The notes under the pieces were generated by a model. It worked only from the letters and a program-made list of their open reading frames with translations, did not search any database and was not told the DNA's origin. DNA of 64,000 bases from Pelomyxa schiedti. Its lineage: Eukaryota; Protista; Evosea. A program made the position numbers and the translations under genes. Positions 50,849 through 63,345 of the stretch are shown in pieces. The first letter of the stretch is position 1; each line of letters opens with the position of its first letter. The stretch covers positions 1-64,000 of the forward strand of contig JAHLWZ010000498.1 in NCBI GenBank assembly GCA_020536535.1, given 5' to 3'.

Positions 50849-51240
50849 GTGTGGTTGTTCGTTATTACGATATTTGGAGTGAATAGGTTTTTTGTTTGCC
50901 TTTAAAAAGCGGGTTGAAACGAAAAGCATTTCCTTAATTTTTTTCACCCAATCATCGTGCAGCTTCTTCACTGTTTGATGGTGATCTGTGTTTCTCCACG
51001 GGACTTCCCGGTGATCTCTTTCCGGTGTCGCGGAAAGCCCAAAAAAAATGCGATTTCCCGAAAAGCGACAAAGAAATTACACGAACAGCACGTTGCCCTT
51101 CCCATAACTGGCAACTCACCCAATGAACTCTTCTTACTCGGTAGTGAACCAATCAAGAACGTGCACTCAGCAACGTCAGTGAACTCTTTTTCTTCTTTTA
51201 GTTTCGTGATAACTTGTTCTTTTCTTTTTTTCTGCCCTGT

Positions 51241-52055
51241 TTAGCTTACGTGGTGGCGTTTCGTCCGCTTCTTTCCGGCCGACGGTTGCGTGGGTGTTGT
51301 TCTTCTTGATGATGATGTAGTCATGTGCTGGATGTAGAAGGAGGCAAAGAGGGCCGATAGTACAACTGTGGTGATTCCGGCTGTGATTACGGCAACAAGC
51401 ACCGGCACTTGGTTGTTGGTGATGGCGTTCCACAGCACTTGGACAAAGGGGTAGGGGAACTTGCCGTATGCAAAGTAGGATGAGAACATGACGCAGACAA
51501 AGGCGCCGTGATACAGAAGCATAGCGGCTACTACTGTGCCGTAGCTCCATTTGGGTGTCATTGCAGTGTCCCCAACGACGGGCTCCAGGAGCAAAAGTAC
51601 GAACGGTATAAGGTGCATCATCACCATCAAATTCATTGGCACATTCTGCCCTTGTTCAATCAAGTTGCCTAATAGGCAGAGGTATTAGGGAAATAATCAT
51701 GGCGTGTGGAGTATTGAACGGCGTTCAAATTTTAAAAGAGTGGTCACTTCGTACCTGTGTTGTTTGTCAGCAGGGCCCAAAATGCAATTGTAACAACGCA
51801 GTTTGCCGACAACGCAATGTAGTAAAACCACCCAAGGTTGCGAGATTTGCCTTTTCCTCCCATAAGCAGCTTTCCTAGCATCATTGCGAAGTGGAGCATA
51901 GCGGACGCGACGCCCCAGTTGGTCAGAAACGTCGGCAACACGCGCAACGGAAACGCGTCGCTTGTCCACCACACAAGTACGCCAAACGCGGATCCGCAAT
52001 TGAGGAGACCCAGAGCACACACACAACAGTGCAACAGCCACGTCACTCGAACCAT
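51241..52055 (-). CDS. FAR-17a/AIG1/ADTRP-family membrane hydrolase
   Basis: FLTNW (catalytic Thr-like), MHLIPFVLLLLE (His), FPYPF; about 6 TM; one intron. Confidence 0.8.
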
Positions 52056-52072
52056 CGTTGATCTTGATCTTC

Positions 52073-53424
52073 CTATCCCCGGCGAGATTGGGTCTGTTTG
52101 ATACTTGCTTTTGTGTTGGTTTTATGTAATAAATTGGGCACATTGCCGCCCAAATTAGCAGATATTAGATACATTTGACACCATTCACCTGAGACTTGGC
52201 ATTCCCAGGACGTCCATACGCCCATACCGAAGCTAAAACAAAAAAGGGAGTCAAACCAGAGAGAATCTTGTTGGTTTTGTTTGGTAACTGTTCCCATAAC
52301 GGGTTTAGAATTGCTTTGAGGAACGATGGTGGCAATGTTGAAATGAGAGTCAAGGCAGTGCCACTCTAATAGGCGTCAACGCCACACAGGCTCACAATGA
52401 CACGAAGGAATTCAAACAAATCCTCTTCCACAGAACATGGCCAATCAGCAAGTGTCATCAGTTGTTGCATTTCTTCAGACTCCAGAACTTCGTCATCACG
52501 GTATTCATCAATATTCTCCCTCCATTGCTCAGGCGTTCCATGAATCAAATGAACCCACGGATCATCGAGGTAGTCTGCGTCCAGTATTTTCTTTGGAGGT
52601 CGGGGTGGTGCTGGCCCACCAGTATCAACACAACAGAATCCCATTTGGAGGCAGCTTGTGTCACCCTCGGAATCCCAGTCTGGAACAATGTGAACTTTTC
52701 CGTTGCAGAAGACGAACACATTCTTGGTGTTGTCCAGTGAGGGGAACCAAATGGCTCCAAAGGAATACTGCTTGTAGATGTTATCAGTCTCACACTTCCT
52801 GGGGCGCTCCTCATACTTTCTCTTCTTTGTGCTCATTATGCGCCTCACCCTTGGTTTGAAGGCATCCAGTTTGGCTTTGGTCTTCTCATCAGCAGTGTGC
52901 ACGTAGCACCTTTGTAAAGACTCTGGCGTCGATGTCGCCACCTTCCATTGCCACTCCCGTTCATCCACATAATGCTTCAAAAACGCAAGGCAGCATCTCC
53001 CTTCGGCCAACTGACACCCCAACTTGGCTGCGGCGCATCCCCCGGCCGCATCGTCGTCGTCATCGTGACGAGTCCGTCGAGTCGAGCTATCCGCGGTTCT
53101 GCACAAGGTCCTCACACGGAAAGACATGCAGGATCTCTCGCAAGCAGCCAAGCACGCGCGTGAGCACAGCGCCAAGTTCAAAACGGGACCGAAGCTTGAG
53201 CCGTCGGGACTTGGAGGGAGCGCGATGAATGACACAATGTGGTCCATCACTTGCGGTGGCATGACGACGTCCAGCCCAGGACCAACGGCGCGACGTCGAT
53301 ACTTGGCATCCACCCCTGTGTTCCATTCCCTTTTTGTTAGAGACAAACAAACGAGGAGGTAAATATTACGAGGTCTCTTTGCCGGCAGCTGACGATCCGG
53401 TGTCGCGTCACCTTCGTCGGACAT
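52073..53424 (-). CDS. Hypothetical protein, possible divergent F-box-like N-terminal motif
   Basis: 352-aa ORF plus inferred last exon; MPPQVMDHIVSFI..LNLALCSR. Confidence 0.6.
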
Positions 53425-53544
53425 CTTGGTTGTTGTTTATGCAAAAACCTTATTGGCTTGTGCTTGGTCTTCAAGAGGAGACTTACGGTAAGCTTATTGT
53501 TTGAAGTGCAAAAAGAAACCAAAAAGGGCATATCTGGAGCCCAA

Positions 53545-53880
53545 GCACAAGCAAGCAGGAGGAACACTCTGGGGGGTCTCAACCCCCCAAGTAAGTGCCC
53601 CAATCAAATTACGTTCCACTCTTCTGACTTCCCTTCACATATACTCTGGTGAACTTGAGGATCCTTCAGGAACAAACACCGCACACAGGTAAATTCAACC
53701 CCCACTTATAAACAACACTCACTTTTCCCCAGAGAGGCTGAGGCTGAGGCTGAGGCTGATTCCGCAGATGAAGATGATTACGACCTACGATTTTTCCGGC
53801 TCTTTGCGGTTCTTGAGGCTCTTTCTCTGAGTTCTTACGCTCTTTCCGCACCAACACCCACCCTCCAGCAGTCTTGTTAC
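53545..53880. repeat. Diverged dispersed repeat, copy B (copy A about 240-600), containing (gaggct)n
   Basis: Direct alignment by eye with 240-600. Confidence 0.85.
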
Positions 53881-54013
53881 CCCACATTCGCCGTTACAAT
53901 AAAAAAGACTTTTTCTCTACACATGCATTTTTTCAACAGAAAAAAATTACTGGCACAATTTTATGGGGCAAATCTTTATGTACAATGGTTTTGTTATGGG
54001 GGACCAATGGTGT

Positions 54014-56596
54014 TTAATCCAACACTACAAGAGAGCCTTTCTTTCTCCAGTGCTCTCTTAGTGGGAATTTGAAAGAACGTTTCATTACCCAGAAGTGTTT
54101 GAGGCGAGACCACAAGTGGAAATCTCCGACTAGAAGAAGCAATAGCAGGGCAAAGAGAACAACTAGCATAGGTGCAAAGGCCTGAAAAATGTTAATAACT
54201 GGGCATTGGTGGTGATTTACCTCCACATAGAATTTTATTCTCTTGGAGCCCTCTAATTTAAGGCAAAGTAGAATCTCAATGGCAATGAAAGGGCACAATG
54301 CCAGAAAAACTATCATCAACAGGCCAGAGCTCACCCAGTTTGGATTCCTTAGGATTGAATTAAAAGGGTGTTGCTTGTAATTTGATACGCACTGATAAAA
54401 GTGAACATCGCACAGTGTGAATGCACTCACAAAAGCACCTGCGTTCATGATCCACAGCGGAGAAAATACTGCCCAAGATCCCCACTGAGTTATTCCTTGC
54501 AATCTCAGCATGGACATGATCTAGTAGCATTAGTAATTGACATCAATTAAAGAGGGGAGTACCAAAAAGACAAATATGGCTGTTGAGCAACCAGCTAAGG
54601 AGAGTTTGAGAACCTTATTTTCAAGATCCTTTACAATGACCTCTCGTACAAAAATAATAATTATCAGTGCATTTGCAATAAGAAGTGGGGCAAAGGTGAA
54701 GCATAAGCCATACGCAAACACACCCACCTGGCACATTTTAATTCCGAACTCCCCAAGGAACAGCAAAATACCTCAAGATAAATGCAGGCCAGCGGAGGAA
54801 ACAGGGTCATTATAATCGTCAGGGAGAACCATATGGTGCACTCCACCTAGAGAGGCTTACATGGTTGACACTGGCATTAGGAATACCTTATCATCACTGA
54901 AGCAGGAACAAAACAAGTTAATCCAACCGAATAAGCAGCGCGACATAAACTCTTTGTCCATGAAGTCCCTCACAAAGAAGTACCACCACAGTGCTGTGGA
55001 TCCAAGCACCATTAATGTGATGAACCAGCAAGGTATAAAGACTAGACCCCTGTTTATTTGTTTAGATTTGGCTTTTGTAGGACTCCAAACCAGTTCCACT
55101 CTATGAATTTATCCATTTTCAACACAGTAAAGCAACCGAGGAGAAGCCACAATATTACACTGGCGTAGTCAACAAGTGGAGAATTAAATAGCCGCAGGAA
55201 GAATACAAATTTATATGAAACCATTTCCTTTTCCTGTTAGGAGAAAGGACAATGAATAGATTGCAATACTTTCAAATCGAGAAGTTTCTCTTCAAATAAA
55301 AAGTTTAACTGCAATGCATGTTAAAGGTAGGTAGGCAACAGTAATTTGTAATTGCCTGTTTGTATTCGTCATATTCCTGCTGTTCGGCTTCTGTTGAACC
55401 TTGCACCTAGGAAGAAGTCAGAGAATATATATTTTTTCTTTATTTAAAAAAGGCATACCACACGCCGTCTGTGTGACATCTTCCACTTGCGAATTAACCA
55501 TTTTGTTTTATACAACTGCTTATAATCTCTGTTTTCCATGCAAATATCGGTTTCCTAAAATCCTTTATAAACACTTTTGGGTGGTTTGTTATTGTCTGGA
55601 CACACATCGATTTCAGGGGTCAATTCAGCCAAACATATTTCCCGCCAAAGTCTGTGATCTTCAGAAGCATCCCTCCAGCGATGTGACACAAGCGTAACTG
55701 GAATAGTTATTTGCACTGATTAAAAAAAACCTCAAGAAAGAAACCTGAACAAAGGTCTTGCATCCCCAAAAATGAGAATATAAGCATGCAAATTTCGTAA
55801 GGTATTATTTGTAAAGGATCCTGAAAACCTTGAGTATATAGGCAAAACCCAAAAGACTGATTCACACCATCGCATTTCGTAACCTCCTCCTCTGCTCACA
55901 GGAATCAGAACCGTAACGCAAGTGACCTCTTTTTGCAGTTCTTTTGCTTGTTGGTGTCGTCGGGGGAGTAAGAGGGATTGCGCTCGTAATGACAGGTATC
56001 AGCTCATTTCCCAAAACGGTAATACCCCCAGAAGAAGTTGACGACGACGTACTCGTTGTAGTGGTGGTCGTTGTGGTTGTAGTTGAATTTGAAAACCCCG
56101 TGGATGCACTGCAAGGAGCTTCACAGTATTGAGTGGTGTCACCGCCATAATAATCGTCATCACATTGCTTCTGGAAATCGTCGTCATCATCAGCAGGGTC
56201 GTATTCGCCGTCCTCCTCCTCGTCGTCGTCCGAGTCGCTTCGTTTGCGAGAGCGCCCGCGCCGTTTTCCACGGGGCGCGGCGGCGCCGGCGGCCGTGTCG
56301 AGAGCAGTGAGCAGCGATTCCGGGGGCGAAGCGGCGGCCAGCACGCCGTCGAACACGTCGAGGATGTGGCTGGAGAAGCTGTGGGAAGCGTCGCTTTTCG
56401 GCGGCGGGCTGGAGTGCGCCGACTGACGCGTGGCGTAGCGAGACGACGAAGGCGACGGCGACGGCGACGGGGACGGGGAAGGAGACGAGTCGTGGGAGGA
56501 GATTAGAAGTGCATTTTCCGTGTCGTCGCCCACGTCGTCGTTGCTGCTGCTACTGATAAAGCTAACAACCGAGTGCAGCGCCCCTTCCATCATCAT
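54014..56596 (-). CDS. F-box protein with TMEM185/FAM11-like multi-pass C-terminal domain
   Basis: F-box DPLQIIPYEICMLIFSFLGMQDLCS/VTLVSHRWRDASEDHRLWREIC; repeated TM hairpins (VFIPCWF, FAPLLI, WAVFSPLWI, LCLKLEG..FAPMLV). Confidence 0.8.
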
Positions 56597-56799
56597 CCGA
56601 TCAAAAAATGCGGAAGGAAAAAAAAAGGGGGGAATAATAATGGCCTGTTTTGGCCAACTATTCTGCCGGGTCAAGTAGTATCAACTTAAATCCTTGAGCT
56701 CATTCTGGGGAAACCCAGAGGCTTCGACGAAAACCAGGGCCGGTACTCAAACAAAAGTAACCACAGCAATTATAAGAGGTATAAAGTTACTTTTTCTTC

Positions 56800-58455
56800 T
56801 TGTAATACCAATTGGTGAGGGTCCAACAGTCAAGATACAACTGAGCAGAACACACTGACCAGATAACCTACTGTAGTGAAAAGGCTCCACATCAAGCCCG
56901 TCAGGGAATGAAAATTATACCGGAATTTAAGGCCTTTTGTTTGCTTCTGGAGGTCCAATCATCGGTCTCTTCCTTGAAGTCTCTTGCAGTTCACTGTTTG
57001 AATCATCCTTTTACAGTGTCAAGAGGGAAAAAGATAGGAAAAGGGTACATACTTGCGTCGGTGTAACCTCCGGCTGAGACCGGTAACATAGAACCTCATT
57101 ATAGTGGAATCGTTCTGAATGTCTTCGCCACAAGAGATTAGTTTCAATAGTGACCCATTTGGTCACTTTTGGCATGAGCCCTTGCATGACTGCCTGCCTT
57201 GTAGAATGTTTCCTTCATTTTCTCCTTTGGAATATATTTTCTTGAACCGCGGAGAAAATTTCTGAGACAACAAGATTTTAGGCTGTTCTCCACAGATGAC
57301 GGATAAGCGATCAAGCCCAAGCACAGGAAAATTTAATTCCGATCAAAGGCGTCCTCAATAACCTCCAATAGCAGAAACTCCACGGTTATCAGGGAGGAAA
57401 ATTCCCAAGTCTTCTTGACCTGCTCGTGGCACAAGCGTCTTTGCAAGAGTTATTATTAGAATGTACATTGTGTGTCAGAATCAAAGAATACTTCCCGTGC
57501 TCACCTCCTGAGTCTTCTGCACCCTCAGTGGGTTCTTTGTGTCCCATACCCAGACTCTTGAGACAGTACTCCATGAGGGCCTTCCTATTCTGATCGTCAA
57601 GCTTCTCAAGCATCAAGTCGGAATATACCAATTGATCTCCACCATGGCCCAGGTCAATGATATTATCTTCCATAGTAACTGTTGTAGTCAGTAGAACATG
57701 AAGGAGAGGCGCTGGAAGAAAATGGGTTGAGCTTCTTCTGTGCATACTCAGGACTTTGGAGCAAATCACTTAGTTCGAACAATCTTTCTAATGCAGTCAT
57801 TTGATCCCTGCACATGTGTTTGTTCCTCTTCTACGTCTTCAATCATATGCAGAACCTTCTCCAGGATCCTATCTGTATAATGTACCAGATACGAATCGAC
57901 AAGGTCCACCCCGTTCTATGAGAGGTGTCAGGTACTCACAGCATTGGTTAAGGTCTTCTCCTTCCAACATTCTCTGGTATCTTAGTTGCCATTTGTTGGG
58001 ACATGAGGCCTTCCCACCATGAATCCAAACACACAAGAGAAGTGGCCAACCGAGAAAGACCTTGTGCCTGAACGAACGAGCAGAAGTACTTCAACACACT
58101 TGGTCACAATGTCATGCCTCTGGCTCGCACTCAGAGTTGTTTCAAACAACTCCCTTATGCAATGTTTTTGCACCCAGCTATTCCGCAAGAAGGATAAGAG
58201 CGAGGTAGTCGAGTTTGCTGTGGCTACGGAAACCACAACAACGGCCGAGAGCTGGCGTGACCGTGACTTGAACTTCTGGCCCAAATGAGCTGGGGAAATG
58301 CCATCGCCGTTGGCACTCCGACTCACGATTTCCTTAATGCTCACACCATCGAGAAAGTAGTCTGACTGACAACTGCTGTGCGCGTCGAAGAGAGCGAATG
58401 CGTGGCAGGACTGTCTCATTCTGGCCTCCGCCTGAATTCTAAAGCAGCCGATCAT
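56800..58455 (-). CDS. Hypothetical multi-exon protein; boundaries approximate
   Basis: Series of ORF segments separated by GT-AG introns; no recognised domain. Confidence 0.4.
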
Positions 58456-58770
58456 TTTCCAGAAGTACGAAGTACAGCGAAACAAAACGGGGTGTTTACG
58501 TAAACAATTGCAGTTGGTCGTGGTCAAGTAGAGGCACAACGGAGTGTGTGGGTGGGGGCGAAAATGGTACGTTGGCTGTCCTTGTTGGTGTTCCGTTCTT
58601 CGTTCCACGTGACCGACGCGAGTAATACTGTATGTGCAGTTAAAACTCTTTTTTTCGTTTTGGTGCTTTTTTAATACTTCGGTCTTTGTCTTTTTTTTTT
58701 TTGTTTCAACACTAAAATATGCCTGTTGAGCACCTAATGCACTAAATACAGGAGGCAGAATGGACATTAT

Positions 58771-59690
58771 TCACAGGCATGAGACCAGCATTCCCCTGTC
58801 AGGATTGTTGTTTTGGCTTTTGGTTGTACCTTTTTGCTGCTGCCTCTGAAGTTGAGCCAAGTAACACCATTCTCTCAGAGATTTGACACTAACATCTGTA
58901 AAATATTCATCTGATATATATCTCCAGATGCTGAATGAGGTGCCTGAAAAACTCTCAGTCTGTGTTGTCCAAATCAAGCCCACAGTGTCTCTTACCTGAG
59001 AAGTCAACCTCCTCAAAACCAGTTTCCTACCAACTCCAGAAACCAACCATCACTTGGGTTTACTGCCACTTACAAAGATTGTACATTACAATAGATGATA
59101 CAGCAAAAACTTCCAAGTTGAGTACCTGGGCTCAAATCCACTACAGAGGAAAAAGTGTGCTTCTATCTCCATATTAAGTTATAATCTCATTTTAGTAACT
59201 TGAGAAATATTTTGTAGAAGAAGTAAAAAAAAACCATGTAAAAGTTGCTTAAACCTAAAAAAATACTTAGGACTTTTGTTTCAAAAGAACACATGATTGT
59301 CACTAAGTTACATTTTGAGCTCAAACAATACTTTATTGTGGATATTCAAGTATCAGTCAGAGGTAACATTACCCACAATACTCTTGTATCTTATTTCCCT
59401 CAGCATCAACAGTTCTTGTGGGGATTGCTAGGGAGAGTTACCTTCTAGGTATGTTTATGTTCCTCAACTTGCATCTTACTCTCTTCTAACATCACCACAG
59501 ATGCTTCCTCAACTATGGCATCTGAAGCTTCTTCTAGAGCATCCCTAAATACAATTGCTTTTTCAAAAGAAAATTCCTTTTGTTTCTTCCCTCTAACCAA
59601 GTGAAGCAGCCAATTGGGTCTATTTTGGGTGTTGTGATCAAGATCTTCTTCCTGCATAAAACAAGGGAAAAAATTGATTACCAATTTCAT
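58771..59690 (-). CDS. Hypothetical multi-exon protein
   Basis: MKL/EEDLDHN.. exon and terminal exon ..EWCYLAQLQRQQQK.. Confidence 0.45.
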
Positions 59691-59711
59691 TTTTTTCCAA
59701 AAAACACCAAG

Positions 59712-62700
59712 ATGAACCTACAAGCCAACTTTGGGGGGCAAACACTCAAGCACAGCATAGTATGCCAAACAAACAGTAACCCCACCAAGCACAAACACCA
59801 ACACAGCAGCACTATTAAATCGCTTTTCGTCGTTTGGGAAAAAAAAAAAAAACGAAACCCGTTAATAACCTCGTTAGACACACCCGAAATTCCTGCACTC
59901 GAATAGCACGAGCCATCGCTGGGCATTTGGAGCTATCGCCGAGCTAATCGACAACGCACGCGACGCCGAAGCGACGCGTTTCGACGTGGATGTTTCGTCC
60001 TACACGCACTATTCGCCCGATGGCTCCTCGTCAAAGCCCGGCAGAAAAATGTTGGTGTTCACCGACAATGGGAAAGGTTAGTAGGGTTTTTTTTTTTTTT
60101 TGGATTGTTGTAGATATGCAGTGGTAACTGGTTTGTTAGGGATGTCTCCTTCTGGTACTCACTTGTGCTTATCTTTTGGGCATTGTGACAAGGTAGGATG
60201 ATTGTGGGCTTTGGGAAGGAAATGGAAACCATTCAACAGGTGATCACTGGAGATTATGTACCTATTGGGCACTATGGAAATGGTTTCAAGTCTGGCACAA
60301 TGCGCCTTGGCTCAAGTGCTGTTGTTTTCACAAGAAACGGGGAATACAAGACCATTGGCCTCTTGTCCCAGGTATGCAGTTTGAGACTGATACCACCACT
60401 AAGTTTGCTTGCAGACATTTCTGGAGGACATTCATGCTGAGGAAGTGCTAGTACCACTTTGCTCTTGGCCCGATAAGCATCCTTGCACACCTTCCAGCGT
60501 TTCTCGTGATGACTTAAATGTACAGTAATAGCACATCTCAGCCCATGACTAATTTAGACTACAGGCAATATTAAAGTATAGTCCCTTCAGGACCGTTACT
60601 GAGCTTGAGCAACAATTTACACCCAACCACGGAACAAGAATATGTATTTTATTCCTCCATTTACCTGAGTATTCAAAGTACAAAGTTGTTTATGAGCTGA
60701 AACAAGACCAAGAAGGCGACTTGGAGTTTAACTTTGATCGCCAAGATGATATCATACTTGTTGATCTGACAGTATCTGCTGGGTAAGAGGGTGTTAGCCA
60801 AAGCCAGACGAATTTATGGTGATAATAGGATGCGTGAACTGGAAGTAGAAAGGCCCAAAGACTACCTTATAGCTTTCCGTATATTTGCCCTCGACAAATA
60901 CAATTTACCTCATTAAACTCTTTCCCTTAAGCAACATCCATGGAGCGTTACTCTTTGCGAGCGTACTGCAGTGTCCTCTACTTGAATTCGAAGATGTTTA
61001 TTTTCATCAGAAACCATAAAGTTCATTCAATTAACTGGAGTTTGACGTTATTCAAGTATGCTATACTTCCAAATAATAATGCTCATTGTCACAAAGGCCA
61101 ATGTCAATGAATTACCATCAAATTGGAAAAGACGGGGTTCCTATTCTTTTTGGCTTCAATAGGAAGAATAAACACGAATGTGGTGCCTTCATTTACCACA
61201 GGTCACGTCTTATCCTTATGTACCAGCGATACGGCATTCAGGTATGGCAACAACAACCTGGTGTGTTGTTCATCCACACCTTTAGAATAATCCCGATTCA
61301 AGAGGGCTTGCTGTTATAGCTGTGGTAGGTTAATTTACTTCGTTACGGATATGTACTTACTTTGCCTATTCAGGTTAACTGTGATTATCTGAAACCCACA
61401 CACAATAAACAAGATTTCATTCTAGACCCACAGTTTCGTCTTCTTACAACAAATCTAGCAACCAAGCTTTCCCTCTACTGGTAATCTCCCTAAGTCAGGG
61501 TAATATCAAAGTAAAATTTCTCCTACAGGAACTACTGGTTTAAAAAGCCAATTCTAGGGTTTTTTTTCAACAAAATGAGCCACATGTGTGAAAAAGGTCT
61601 TTCCCATCCTTACATTAGTCACTGTGCCAACATTTTCTAGGTCCGTTTTGGTTACAATGTTCCATATGTACAAAGTGGAGGAGAGTTGCTCGGCATTGTT
61701 CAAAGTATCAAGATGATGTATGAGTTAACCTCCAAATGAAAATGAAAGATTGTAACATTTCACAGTGGTGTTGTCGTTCGAATGAAGACACGAGGTTCAA
61801 CACCTGTGATAAACCAGAGGAATCTCCCTTGCCGTGCTCTGAAACACCAAGGTACCCAAAGACATTTTTTGTCACAGACCTCCTCTCACTTCAAAAAAAA
61901 AAAAAAAAGCCCTTGGGTACAGTGCACAAAATGCAAAAAATATAGGAAAATGGCTATAACAACAAATCTTAACACGATCCCAGAGGATTGGACTTGTGCG
62001 GACAATGTTGGGCTGTTTTTCAATAGGTAGCAATGCTACTTCGTACTTGTTTGGACTGATCAATTAATATCAGATGTTCTGATCCTCAAGAGTGCGAGCA
62101 GTGGGCCATCGAATTTGAGCTTGGTGTGTTAGAAGTAGCAGGTCCGGAGTGGAAGCCCAGAGCTCTTCCAAGAATTGCAGTAAATATCGAGCTTAATCTA
62201 GTTCTATTGTCCATAACACAATATAGGAAGCAACCGATTTTACTCGCAGACTTTCTATTACAGCAGCAAAGAAAGAGGCCAAGGCCAAGGCCACTGGGAA
62301 GGGGAAAGGGAAAGGGAAAGGGAACAGGACAGGAAGAACTCGTACCAGGACCAAAGCCAAAACACGTGATTCCTCTTCCTCTCCGTCTTCATCCTCGGAC
62401 TCCTCGTCCTCCTCTTCTTCTTCCACGTGCTCTTCCTCCTGTTCATCATCCTCCTCCTCATCGTCCTCTTCTGATGAGGGGAGTGGACACAAGAGGAGCA
62501 AACGCAAGAAGTCACGCAGGAAAACAGGGTCCTCACCAACAGCTAAGAAATCAAGGCAAGAAGACCCTACTGGCTCCAATGGCACTGAGAATCCTGCAGA
62601 CAAACCCATAGAAGTAATTCCTCCCGCTTCCGCATCATCATCCACCTCCCAGTCATCAACTCCAGCAACTTCGTCAGTGGTGGTGGTGAGTGCAAGTGCC

Positions 62701-63218
62701 ACTCCTGTCAAGTCGTCCACGACAGAAGAGAGACGCCCACGCATTGTTGTCATCAAACCGGAGTTCAAACTTTCTCCATCGGTTGCTGCGCAAAAAGACC
62801 CGTCTCCCAACGTTCCCGTTCTGGGTGGTGCTGACTCTGATCCAGCACTGACGTATGTCCAAACAACATCCCAGGCCATCACCATGATAACTAACATTAC
62901 CCAAATAGAGACGCTAGGGTGAAACAACTCACGGCCGAAGTTGTGGCACTGCGAATGCAACTCTTGGAGAGAGACCAAGAGCTCATTTCTGTAAAGAAGA
63001 TGTTGCACCTCGAGCAGACAAAGACGTTCACGTTGCAGGCCGACTTGGACAAGACCAATTCGCTTCTGCAGCTCTCCCGTGCATCCATAGAGACCCTCAA
63101 GAAGAGATGCGAGACCTCCTTCCAGCAGCAACCCGTGATGCTACAACAATCAGTCCCTGTTGTGCTCCAGTACCACCCGGTCTCAGTCTCAACATCCCCC
63201 TCCCCATCCAGGCTCTAA
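59712..63218 (+). CDS. MORC: MORC-family GHKL ATPase with two CW-type zinc fingers and C-terminal coiled coil
   Basis: [99 protein letters not shown]. Confidence 0.95.
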
Positions 63219-63345
63219 TTCCCTGTTAATACCCCCAAAACCCCCTCTGCGTTCCAAAACGCAACGTGTCTTTTCATAACCATCATCAAACAGAGTCTTT
63301 TGTTTTCTTTTTGCCAAAAAGTTGTGAATTCGGTTTGTTTGTTGT

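Noticed and set aside
56713-56728. tctggg-gaaa-cccaga GNRA hairpin
   Set aside because: Isolated 6-bp stem with no ribozyme core; may lie in a terminal exon or UTR.
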